Shown here one piece after another: positions 29,366 through 38,389 of a stretch of DNA of 64,000 nt. The stretch comes from an uncultured Burkholderiales bacterium (GTDB taxonomy: Bacteria > Bacteroidota > Bacteroidia > UBA8524). The stretch is from positions 11,405-75,404 of the forward strand of contig CAZOZL010000007.1 of the NCBI GenBank assembly GCA_964584305.1, in the 5' to 3' direction. The translations under genes and the position numbers were made by a program. Positions within the stretch are counted from its first letter, which is position 1; every line of letters begins with the position of its first letter. The notes beneath the pieces were generated by a model. It saw nothing but the letters and a program-made list of their open reading frames with translations, did no database searches and had not been told where the DNA came from.

Positions 29366-29368
29366 AAT

Positions 29369-31981
29369 TTGGTAAATAAAAAGAAAAATAAGGGTGAAAC
29401 ACCGCTAATGCGGCAATACGCGCAAATTAAAACAAAATACCCTGGTGCGCTTATACTTTTCAGAATAGGTGATTTTTATGAAACCTTTGGCGAAGATGCT
29501 ATTATAGCCTCTAAAGTGTTGGGTATTGTGCTTACCAAAAGGCATAATGGCTCTGCCAATGAGATAGAATTAGCAGGTTTTCCGCACCATTCTTTAGATA
29601 CTTACTTGCCAAAATTAGTAAGAGCGGGCTATCGTGTTGCCATTTGCGACCAGTTAGAAGACCCTAAAACGGTTAAAGGCATTGTGAAACGTGGCGTTAC
29701 CGAGTTGGTTACCCCAGGGGTATCCTATAATGATAAAATTGTTGATGTAAAAGAAAGTAATTACTTAGCGGCGATATATCAGGAAAATAAGCAATATGGA
29801 TTGGCTTTTTTAGATATTAGCACAGGCGAGTTTATGGTGGCGCAAGGACAGTTAGAATATGCTGATAAGCTATTGCAGGGGCTAAAACCATCAGAAGTGA
29901 TTTTTACTAAAAGCTATAAAAACGATTTTGAAGCCACTTTTGGCAACCGATTTTATACCTACGGATTAGAAGATTGGGCTTTTGGGAAAGACCACACTTA
30001 TGATAAACTTATCAAACATTTCGGCACAAAATCACTAAAAGGCTTTGGGGTAGATGATTTTGGCTTAGGCATAGTAGCGGCAGGTGCAGCTATACAATAC
30101 CTTGAAGATACCCACCATACCGATTTAGGACATATAAGAGCTTTATCTCGATTAGAAGAGGATAGATATGTTTGGTTGGATAGGTTTACCATTCGTAATT
30201 TAGAACTGATACGCCCCAGTAACGAAGGGGGAAAAGCACTTATTGATATAATAGACCAAACCAATACGCCAATGGGGGCAAGGCTACTACGCAAGTGGTT
30301 GCTTTTGCCCTTAAAAGAATTACGCCCCATTGCCGATAGGCATAATATGGTGCAATACTTTTTTGATAATGAGGAGAAGTGTGAGGAACTTTTAGGGGTA
30401 TTGAAACAAATGGGCGATTTAGAACGCCTAATATCAAAAGTAGCACTTAAACGTATTAGCCCTAAAGAAGTGGTGCAGTTGCGTCGCTCGTTAGAGTTGA
30501 TAAAACCTATTAAAGAACTTTGTGCCACAAGCGAACTAATAGAACTACAACGCTTGGCTGATTTGCTTAACCCTTGTCAACTATTAGTAGATAAAATAGC
30601 CAAAGAAGTAGTAGAAGACCCACCTGCTTTGCTAAATAAAGGGGGAGTGGTAGCAAATGGTGTAGATACTGATTTGGATGATTTACGAGAGATTAAATTT
30701 TCGGGGAAAGATTTTTTAGCCAAAATACAAAAACGTGAGGCAGAGAAAACAGGCATTACATCATTAAAAATATCGTTTAATAATGTTTTTGGATATTTCT
30801 TAGAGGTTACCCATGCACACAAAGATAAAGTACCTGCCGAGTGGGTGCGTAAACAAACTTTGGTAAATGCAGAACGCTATATAACCGAAGAACTAAAAAT
30901 ATATGAGGAAAAGATTTTAGGAGCTGAAGAAAAGATACAAATAATAGAGAACCGCATATTTACCGATTTGCTCAATTTCTGTTCAGAGTATATAAGCCCT
31001 GTGCAGCAAAATGCGAATGTATTAGCGCAATTAGACTGTATTAGCAACTTTGCAGTAATAGCAAAAGAGAATAAATATACTCGCCCCATTGTGAGCGAAA
31101 ATTTTGAAATAACGCTAAACCAGCTGCGCCATCCTGTAATAGAAAAACAACTACCCATTGGCGAAGAGTATATACCCAATGATATTTATCTGGATAATGA
31201 AAAACAGCAGGTAATTATACTTACAGGACCAAATATGTCGGGTAAGTCGGCTTTATTACGCCAAACTGCATTAGCTATCTTATTAGCACAAATGGGAAGT
31301 TTTGTGCCAGCAACGGAGGCAAAAATTGGCTTAATAGATAAAATATTTACCCGTGTGGGAGCGTCAGATAATATATCGTCGGGGGAGTCTACTTTTATGG
31401 TAGAAATGTTAGAAACTGCCAGTATTTTAAATAATGTTTCATCACGTAGTTTAATATTATTAGATGAAATAGGCAGGGGAACAAGTACCTACGATGGGGT
31501 GTCGCTTGCATGGGCAATAGCAGAGTATTTAAACAATACACCCGAAAAGCCTAAAACCATATTTGCTACCCATTACCACGAGCTAAATGAGCTGGAAAAG
31601 AAAACAGAGGGGGTAGTAAATTACCATGTTACGGTGAAAGAGATAGACCAGAAAATTATTTTTTTACGTAAAATAAAGCAGGGGGGAAGCGAGAGTAGTT
31701 TCGGTATTCATGTAGCAAAAATGGCAGGCATACCCACTAAGGTAGTAGAGCGTGCTGATGAGATTTTAGGTAGATTGGAAGAAGACAAAGCCATGATTAG
31801 CGGGAGGCAAACTTTTAAGAAAATACCACAAAAAACCTTTCAGGTAAATATGTTTCAAGCGGATAACCCACATTTGGCGAAATTAGAAGAAGCACTTAAT
31901 AAGCTCGATTTAAATGTATTAACCCCTATTGAGGCAATGATGAAACTTAAAGAGCTAAAAGAAATACTACCAAAAGAGTAA
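29369..31981 (+). CDS. mutS: DNA mismatch repair protein MutS
   Basis: TPLMRQY, GDFYETF, TGPNMSGKS, STFMVEM and DEIGRGTSTYDG. Confidence 0.98.
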   Translation: MVNKKKNKGETPLMRQYAQIKTKYPGALILFRIGDFYETFGEDAIIASKVLGIVLTKRHNGSANEIELAGFPHHSLDTYLPKLVRAGYRVAICDQLEDPKTVKGIVKRGVTELVTPGVSYNDKIVDVKESNYLAAIYQENKQYGLAFLDISTGEFMVAQGQLEYADKLLQGLKPSEVIFTKSYKNDFEATFGNRFYTYGLEDWAFGKDHTYDKLIKHFGTKSLKGFGVDDFGLGIVAAGAAIQYLEDTHHTDLGHIRALSRLEEDRYVWLDRFTIRNLELIRPSNEGGKALIDIIDQTNTPMGARLLRKWLLLPLKELRPIADRHNMVQYFFDNEEKCEELLGVLKQMGDLERLISKVALKRISPKEVVQLRRSLELIKPIKELCATSELIELQRLADLLNPCQLLVDKIAKEVVEDPPALLNKGGVVANGVDTDLDDLREIKFSGKDFLAKIQKREAEKTGITSLKISFNNVFGYFLEVTHAHKDKVPAEWVRKQTLVNAERYITEELKIYEEKILGAEEKIQIIENRIFTDLLNFCSEYISPVQQNANVLAQLDCISNFAVIAKENKYTRPIVSENFEITLNQLRHPVIEKQLPIGEEYIPNDIYLDNEKQQVIILTGPNMSGKSALLRQTALAILLAQMGSFVPATEAKIGLIDKIFTRVGASDNISSGESTFMVEMLETASILNNVSSRSLILLDEIGRGTSTYDGVSLAWAIAEYLNNTPEKPKTIFATHYHELNELEKKTEGVVNYHVTVKEIDQKIIFLRKIKQGGSESSFGIHVAKMAGIPTKVVERADEILGRLEEDKAMISGRQTFKKIPQKTFQVNMFQADNPHLAKLEEALNKLDLNVLTPIEAMMKLKELKEILPKE

Positions 31982-32056
31982 AAAAAACAATAAGAGTATT
32001 GCACCAAAATCTAAAGAGTACTATATTCGCATCCCCTTAATGAAATAAGGGCATTT

Positions 32057-32129
32057 GCGAGAATAGCTCAGCTGGTAGAGCGCAACCTTGCCAAGGTTGA
32101 GGTCGCGAGTTCGAACCTCGTTTCTCGCT
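32057..32129 (+). tRNA. tRNA-Gly (GCC)
   Basis: Acceptor GCGAGAA/TTCTCGC, D-arm AGCTCAGCTGGTAGAGC, anticodon arm CAACC-TTGCCAA-GGTTG, T-loop GTTCGAA. Confidence 0.97.
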
Positions 32130-32184
32130 CAAAAAACTAACGAGTTTAAGTTTTAGGCTCAAACTCGTTTTTAGTTAAAACTCT

Positions 32185-32270
32185 GCTTAGGTGGTGGAAT
32201 TGGTAGACACGCAGGACTTAAAATCCTGTGAGCCGAAACGCTCGTGCGGGTTCGACCCCCGCCCTAAGTA
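32185..32270 (+). tRNA. tRNA-Leu (TAA)
   Basis: Acceptor GCTTAGG/CCTAAGT, anticodon arm CAGGA-CTTAAAA-TCCTG, long variable arm, GGTTCGAC. Confidence 0.96.
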
Positions 32271-32276
32271 CGCAAC

Positions 32277-32306
32277 AAGCCGCTTTTAACCAAGCGGCTT
32301 TTTTTA
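32277..32306 (+). terminator. Terminator of the tRNA operon
   Basis: AAGCCGCTT/AAGCGGCTT stem plus T-run. Confidence 0.8.
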
Positions 32307-32631
32307 TTGTAAGTTCTTTTTTTGAGACTTGCATACAATAGATATGGTCATTTGATTAAAATAACTTTCTTTCAGCAAATAAATTAAGTTGAGAGTTGAT
32401 TTCAGGGTTGCCTCTAACTTTATTATCTTAGGTATGTTTTTTCATAATTGGAGTCATATCTGATATTATGGTCATAAAGAGTGTTTATTTTTAATTGAGT
32501 CAAACCCAGTACCCATAAAAAGTTGCAATTCTCAGTCTTTAAAAATGGATTTTTTTGCAAAAAAGAAACATTCTCTTTATTATAAATAGTTACTATACAT
32601 TTAAATCAACTTTCTTGTATTTTCGTTCAGC

Positions 32632-34254
32632 ATGAAAAAAATACAAGAAGTAGCTGCCAATATTGGAATTACAGAAGAGCAACTTATCCCTTATGGACAT
32701 TATAAAGCTAAAATAATTCCATCGTGGGACGAGGAAAAGATAAAGCAAGGAAAACTGGTATTGGTTACTGCTATTAGCCCTAACAAAGCAGGAGTTGGTA
32801 AAACAACCACTTCAGTAGCACTAAGTATGGGACTAAACCGCATTGGAAAAAAATCGATATTAGCATTACGCGAACCTTCTTTAGGTCCTTGTTTTGGAAT
32901 GAAAGGCGGCGCAACAGGTGGGGGTAATGTTACCGTACAACCTTCCGACGATATTAACTTACATTTCAATGGTGATTTTCATGCCATCACCAGTTCAAAT
33001 AATATCTTAGCAGCCTTAATAGATAATCATAACTATTTTGCTCGTGGTGCAGCTAATGCCATACGCCAAATACTATGGAAGCGAGTATTAGATGTGAACG
33101 ATCGTAACTTGCGTAATATAGTTACAGGATTGAAAGGAAACGGCTCATCCTACGAAACAGGTTTTGATATTACTCCTGCCAGTGAGATAATGGCAATATT
33201 TTGCTTAGCTAAAAGTGTAGAAGATTTACGCAAACGGATTGATAATATACTAATAGGCTACACTAACGATAAACAACCTTTTTATGTTAAAGATTTAAAA
33301 AGTGGTGGAGCAATTACAGCACTGCTAAAAGATGCTTTGCAACCTAACTTGGTTCAAGATGTAGATGGTGGTGCAGCATTTATACACGGAGGACCTTTTG
33401 CCAATATAGCACACGGGTGTAATAGTATAATTGCTACTAAAATGGCATTACAATATGGTGATTATGCTATAACAGAAGCAGGTTTTGGCAGTGATTTAGG
33501 AGCGGAAAAATTCTTAAATATAAAATGTAGAATTGCCGAATTAAATCCTTCGCTTAGTGTGTTGGTAGCTACAACACTATCGCTAAAACTTCATGGTGGG
33601 GCAAGTGAAAAGATGCTAAAAGAGCCTGATGCAGAAGCATTACAAAACGGAATGCAGAATATAGAAAGGCATTTAAACATACTAAAATCATTTGGACAAA
33701 CGGTTGTTGTTGCTATAAACCGCCACCCAACAGATACTGATGATGAAATAGCTTTAATTAAAAAATGGTGTTTAGATAGAGAAGTAAAATGTGCTACACA
33801 TTCAGGCTTTTCTGATGGGGGCGCAGGTGCAGAAGAGTTAGCTGCTTTAGTTGCTAAGGAGATTGAAAACAATCCTTCAAAACCTATTTCCTATACCTAC
33901 AGCTTGGAGGATGGTATAGAAGAAAAGCTAAACAAAATAATACAAACCATTTATAAAGGTAAAAATGTAGTGTTAAGTAAAAAAGCCAAAACTGCATTGA
34001 AGAAAATAAACGAAATGGGTTTAGACAAGCTACCCATTTGTATAGCCAAAACCCAATACACCTTTAGTGTTAACGTAAGCGACCCGCATAATATTACTGA
34101 TTTTGAGTTTCCGGTTGAAAACTTGGTAATAAATGCGGGTGCAGGCTTTATAGTAGCCGTTTGTGGCGAAATAATGCGTATGCCTGGCTTACCAAAACAA
34201 CCCCAAGCCCTTAAAATTGATGTGGTTGATGGTGAAATTACAGGGGTGGTTTAG
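32632..34254 (+). CDS. fhs: Formate--tetrahydrofolate ligase
   Basis: GVGKTTT, LREPSLGPCFGMKGGATGGG, HGGPFANIAHGCNS, TEAGFGSDLGAEKF and MRMPGLPK. Confidence 0.97.
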   Translation: MKKIQEVAANIGITEEQLIPYGHYKAKIIPSWDEEKIKQGKLVLVTAISPNKAGVGKTTTSVALSMGLNRIGKKSILALREPSLGPCFGMKGGATGGGNVTVQPSDDINLHFNGDFHAITSSNNILAALIDNHNYFARGAANAIRQILWKRVLDVNDRNLRNIVTGLKGNGSSYETGFDITPASEIMAIFCLAKSVEDLRKRIDNILIGYTNDKQPFYVKDLKSGGAITALLKDALQPNLVQDVDGGAAFIHGGPFANIAHGCNSIIATKMALQYGDYAITEAGFGSDLGAEKFLNIKCRIAELNPSLSVLVATTLSLKLHGGASEKMLKEPDAEALQNGMQNIERHLNILKSFGQTVVVAINRHPTDTDDEIALIKKWCLDREVKCATHSGFSDGGAGAEELAALVAKEIENNPSKPISYTYSLEDGIEEKLNKIIQTIYKGKNVVLSKKAKTALKKINEMGLDKLPICIAKTQYTFSVNVSDPHNITDFEFPVENLVINAGAGFIVAVCGEIMRMPGLPKQPQALKIDVVDGEITGVV

Positions 34255-34418
34255 TGTTTTTTTTATACTGCGAGGAGTTTTCTCAACAAAAAAAATACCC
34301 CTGAAAGAGATAAACAACTCCCATTAAAAAGAAACTAAATACTTAGGTATTAATTTATAGGTAGGATAAGTATATTGTGGGCTTAACAAAAACTGTGGAT
34401 AAGGGCGGTAAAAAAGAT

Positions 34419-35252
34419 ATGACAAACGATAAAAGTATAGTGAAAGAAGAAAATGCCTATGTTTTGGGTACTGATAGAGAAGAGTTGCACCGTCTTGGGT
34501 TTCAACATCAGGTGTGGGCAGAAACTTCATTTCGTGCTTGGGATGAAGCGGGTTTTACAAGCGGAAATACTTTATTAGACCTTGGCTGTGGACCAGGGTT
34601 TGCAACAAGAGATTTAGCTTATATTGTGGGGCAAGAAGGGAAAGTTATTGCTGTTGACCAATCCACCGAGTACCTAAATTTTTTAGATATTGATAGAAAA
34701 CATCACGGACTGAATATTGAATTGAGAAACTGTGATTTTAATGAATTAAATCTTACCCCAAACAGTATTAATGGAGCATATTGTAGGTGGGCTTTGGCAT
34801 GGATAAACAACCCGAAGGAAATAGTGCAAAAGGTTTCGGATGGGCTAATGGAAGGGGGGCGTTTTGTTATCCATGAATATGTGGATTGGTTATCATTTAC
34901 AACAGAACCATTTAGCAGTAATATTCAGTTGGCTCTTGAAGCCTGCTTCAGCAGCTTTCAAAAAACAGGCGGGGATATTAATATTGGTAAAAAATTACCG
35001 CAAATATTAAACGATGTAGGGATGAAGGTAGAAAGTATTCGCCCCATCCCAAGAATAGCAATACCGAAACGAATGATATGGCACTGGCCCAGAAATTTTT
35101 TGCGTATATATCTGCCCAAAATTGTTGAGACAGGTTTGCTCACCGAAAAACAAAAAGAGGCTGCACTAAAAGATTGGGATAAACTTGAAACCGTAGAAAA
35201 TGCTTTTTGCCAAACTCCTCAAATGTTGGAAATAATTGCTAGAAAGAGTTAA
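34419..35252 (+). CDS. Class I SAM-dependent methyltransferase
   Basis: YVLG...ELHRL, LLDLGCGPG and AVDQS. The start is reassigned to the ATG at 34419. Confidence 0.88.
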   Translation: MTNDKSIVKEENAYVLGTDREELHRLGFQHQVWAETSFRAWDEAGFTSGNTLLDLGCGPGFATRDLAYIVGQEGKVIAVDQSTEYLNFLDIDRKHHGLNIELRNCDFNELNLTPNSINGAYCRWALAWINNPKEIVQKVSDGLMEGGRFVIHEYVDWLSFTTEPFSSNIQLALEACFSSFQKTGGDINIGKKLPQILNDVGMKVESIRPIPRIAIPKRMIWHWPRNFLRIYLPKIVETGLLTEKQKEAALKDWDKLETVENAFCQTPQMLEIIARKS

Positions 35253-35287
35253 AAATAACTTTACCTATTTGATACAACAAAGAAGCT

Positions 35288-35731
35288 ATGAAATTTTTAT
35301 GCACAAGTACTATAAATGCACCCTTGCAAAGGGTAGTAGATTTGTTTACCCAAATAGAACTTTACCCAAAATGGTTTATAGGCTTTTGTAGCTATGAGCA
35401 ACTAAGCGGAAATTTTGGCGAGGAAGGGGCAAAGGCAAAAATTATTTTTAAAGCAGGTAAAAACGAATTAGAAATAACAGAAACTATATTGGTAAATAAC
35501 CTGCCTCACGAAAAAACAATGCTAAGCGAGCATAAGCACATGATTAATACTATGAAAAATACATTTGAAGCTATTGATAAAAATACTACACGCTATACCA
35601 CCGAGATTGAATACACCCAATTTATTGGTTTTATGCCTAAACTATTGTCTGTACTAATGCCGAGTATATTTAAAAAAGGAACTCAAAAAATGGTAAAGCA
35701 GTTTAAAAGTTTTGTTGAAGAGAAAGTTTAA
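35288..35731 (+). CDS. SRPBCC (START-like) family protein
   Basis: INAPLQRVVDLF...W; helix-grip pattern; 147 aa. Confidence 0.8.
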   Translation: MKFLCTSTINAPLQRVVDLFTQIELYPKWFIGFCSYEQLSGNFGEEGAKAKIIFKAGKNELEITETILVNNLPHEKTMLSEHKHMINTMKNTFEAIDKNTTRYTTEIEYTQFIGFMPKLLSVLMPSIFKKGTQKMVKQFKSFVEEKV

Positions 35732-35968
35732 ATTAGTGAGTACATCTAACCATCATCAGACTGTTTGTGAATTTTACCTGTAATTATTTCTTTTGGTTTA
35801 AATGCTTTCTAATTGCTTGATTAAATATTTTAAAAGTAAAAAGGTAGTACAAAAGGATAATTATGGCATTGATGGCATTGTTTGATGAGTTTCTATCATT
35901 TCTTATCTAAAGTCAACATTATTTTAGTAATTGGTTAGCAACTTTGCGCAATCATATTTAAGGGCAAA

Positions 35969-36673
35969 ATGGAGGTAAATAAAATTTCGCAACGCAGTGC
36001 CGCAATTATTGCGGGCGTATCAATTATACTTATGGCACTTACTGCCGCATTTTCATACGGCTGGGTATTAAGTGGTATACTAATTCCTGATAATGCTGCT
36101 GACACAGTGAAGGCTATTAAAGAGTCCCTATTTCTGTTCCGTTTTGGCATTTTAGGGTGGTTGCTTATACTTATTTTAGACACAATAGCTGCTTGGGCTC
36201 TGTATATCTTTTTAAAACAGATAAACCAAAGTTGGTCTTTATTGGCTGCATTACTTAGGTTAATATACACAGCCTTTTTAGGCGTTGCTATTTACAACCT
36301 TAGTATGGTGGTAGTACTGATAGATAATGCTGAAAACGAGATGTTTACAACCCATAAGTTTAACCACACAATAATGGTTTTACTTGATGGATTTACCAGT
36401 ATTTGGGGACTTGGTTTGATAATTTTTGGACTGCACTTGGCAGTATTAGCTTATTTGGCTTTAAAATCGGGCTTTATGCCCAAATTTATCTTTGTATTAC
36501 TTGCTGTGGCAGCTATGGGTTATATAGTTATATCCTCTGCAAAATTTCTAATCCCACAATACCAATCCACAATAGAGGTGCTGGAAACGGTTCTTAGTTT
36601 CCCAATGGCAATAGGCGAAATTGCATTGGCTATATGGCTTTGGGTAAAGGGTGGGAAAAACAAAAAGATTTAA
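35969..36673 (+). CDS. DUF4386 membrane protein
   Basis: Multi-TM protein with LFRFGILG, IFGLHL, SGFMPK and C-terminal GEIALAIWLWVKG. Confidence 0.8.
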   Translation: MEVNKISQRSAAIIAGVSIILMALTAAFSYGWVLSGILIPDNAADTVKAIKESLFLFRFGILGWLLILILDTIAAWALYIFLKQINQSWSLLAALLRLIYTAFLGVAIYNLSMVVVLIDNAENEMFTTHKFNHTIMVLLDGFTSIWGLGLIIFGLHLAVLAYLALKSGFMPKFIFVLLAVAAMGYIVISSAKFLIPQYQSTIEVLETVLSFPMAIGEIALAIWLWVKGGKNKKI

Positions 36674-36685
36674 GGTTGTATTAGT

Positions 36686-37264
36686 TTATTTTTTTACTGA
36701 AAGTCTTTTTCTAATCCTGCTTAACGATTCAGGAGTTATCCCAATATAACTGGCTATTTGGTGCTGCGGTACTTTATTTAGCAATTGCGGGCGGTGGGTT
36801 AACACATCTAAATATCGTTTTTCAGGAGATGAAGTAATAAATGCTGCAAAATTTTCTTGTGTTTTACCAAGGTCTTGCTCCATCATCATGCGAGTTATAT
36901 CTACCAATTTAGGAAATGCTTCATACATCTTTTTTTCTTGATTAAGAGTACCTACTATTAGTTTAGTCTCTTCAACACAAGAAAAAATGTGTTTTGATGG
37001 CGTTTGCTCAATATAACTTAAGTAAGAGGTTACTGCTTGCAACTCAGTAAAAAACGCAGTAGTCTTTTCTTCTCCATCCATTATACAATGCTGCCTCACA
37101 CATCCTTTAAGAATAAAAAAACACTTGTCAGAAATTTCGCCTTCGTTTAAAAGTATAGCCCCTTTTTTGAAGGTACGTACCACAAGTTTCTCGCCTATGG
37201 CTTCTTTTTCAGTATCATCTAATAAAGAAAAATTAGAAATAAATGCCAATAAATCACTGTCCAT
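36686..37264 (-). CDS. Crp/Fnr-family transcriptional regulator
   Basis: cNMP-binding N-domain and HTH QHQIASYIGITPESLSRIRK. Confidence 0.93.
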   Translation of the reverse strand: MDSDLLAFISNFSLLDDTEKEAIGEKLVVRTFKKGAILLNEGEISDKCFFILKGCVRQHCIMDGEEKTTAFFTELQAVTSYLSYIEQTPSKHIFSCVEETKLIVGTLNQEKKMYEAFPKLVDITRMMMEQDLGKTQENFAAFITSSPEKRYLDVLTHRPQLLNKVPQHQIASYIGITPESLSRIRKRLSVKK

Positions 37265-37491
37265 AGCTATACTAATTTTATACCATTAAGTTTAATGCAA
37301 ATTTAGTATTTTCAATATTGGTATTGCAATGACACCTTTGCCATAAATATTTTTAGAAGATTAAAAATAGGATAAAAACAAGAATAGTAGTTGTTTTCTT
37401 GTGCTTGCAGGGTGTGAGGCATTAATGGGATATAGTCATATAGTTTTAATACAGTTTGGATAAACCAAGTAGTATTGTGTAACTTTACTGT

Positions 37492-38340
37492 ATGAAACTA
37501 TGGGTATCAGCAGTACTATTTTTTTTAGGGGGTGCTATTTGTATAGGGCAGCAACTACCTAACAGCAGCTTTGAAAACTGGAGTTTACGGGGAGAGTATA
37601 TAGAACCCGATGGTTGGATAAGCACAAATGCGCTCGCCTCTTTTGGTGCGGTAGAAACCTGCTACCCTTTTGAGGATGCCCGTACGGGTAAATGGGCGAT
37701 GAAGATAGAAACACGTATAGATCCATTATCAAAAGATACACTACAAGCAATTTTAGCCATTGGGATTAACTATAATAGTGCAGGAATATCTTTTAACCAA
37801 AGACCAACGGCATTAAAACTTTTTTATAAGCACAATTTAAAGGATACAGCACTTGCGGCTATTTTTCTTACTAAATGGAATACACAAACAAACGGGAGGG
37901 ACACTATTGCAAACGCCGTGCATTTTTTTACAGATAGTACAAGTACATACAAGGCATTAACAATGCCACTTACCTATACCCAAACCATTGAGCCTGATAC
38001 TTGCATAGTAATTTTTTTAGCTTCTTTAAAACCAAAGCCAAACCCTCTTAATTTTTTGTTGATTGATGATTTAGAATTAACAGGTTTAGTAAGTGTAAAT
38101 GTAGGAGAATTGCCCAATACTACTCAAGTAAAAGTGTACCCAAACCCTGTAAGCAATGTACTTACAATAGAGGCTAAACAACCCATACAAGCAGTAACCA
38201 TTTTTGATACTCAAGGCAAGCAAATTTTTAAAACAAAATACGATGAAATAGATGTAAGTAGTTTTAAAACAGATACTTATTACTTGTTTGTTGAGTTTGT
38301 AAATGGAGAGAACTACACTACAAGGTTTTTTAAAGAGTAA
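37492..38340 (+). CDS. T9SS type-A sorting domain protein
   Basis: Signal peptide, QLPNSSFENW start, C-terminal VYPNP...IFDTQGK...YYL CTD. Confidence 0.85.
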   Translation: MKLWVSAVLFFLGGAICIGQQLPNSSFENWSLRGEYIEPDGWISTNALASFGAVETCYPFEDARTGKWAMKIETRIDPLSKDTLQAILAIGINYNSAGISFNQRPTALKLFYKHNLKDTALAAIFLTKWNTQTNGRDTIANAVHFFTDSTSTYKALTMPLTYTQTIEPDTCIVIFLASLKPKPNPLNFLLIDDLELTGLVSVNVGELPNTTQVKVYPNPVSNVLTIEAKQPIQAVTIFDTQGKQIFKTKYDEIDVSSFKTDTYYLFVEFVNGENYTTRFFKE

Positions 38341-38344
38341 ATAA

Positions 38345-38371
38345 GAAAGCAGGCTTATATAGCCCGCTTTC
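38345..38371. terminator. Probable bidirectional terminator
   Basis: GAAAGCAGGCT/AGCCCGCTTTC stem between convergent genes. Confidence 0.55.
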
Positions 38372-38389
38372 ACTGTTATATTTTATAGG

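Noticed and set aside
32057-37300. Active integrative element or prophage at the tRNA pair
   Set aside because: No integrase, phage gene or attR duplication was seen. Kept only as a low-interest accessory block.
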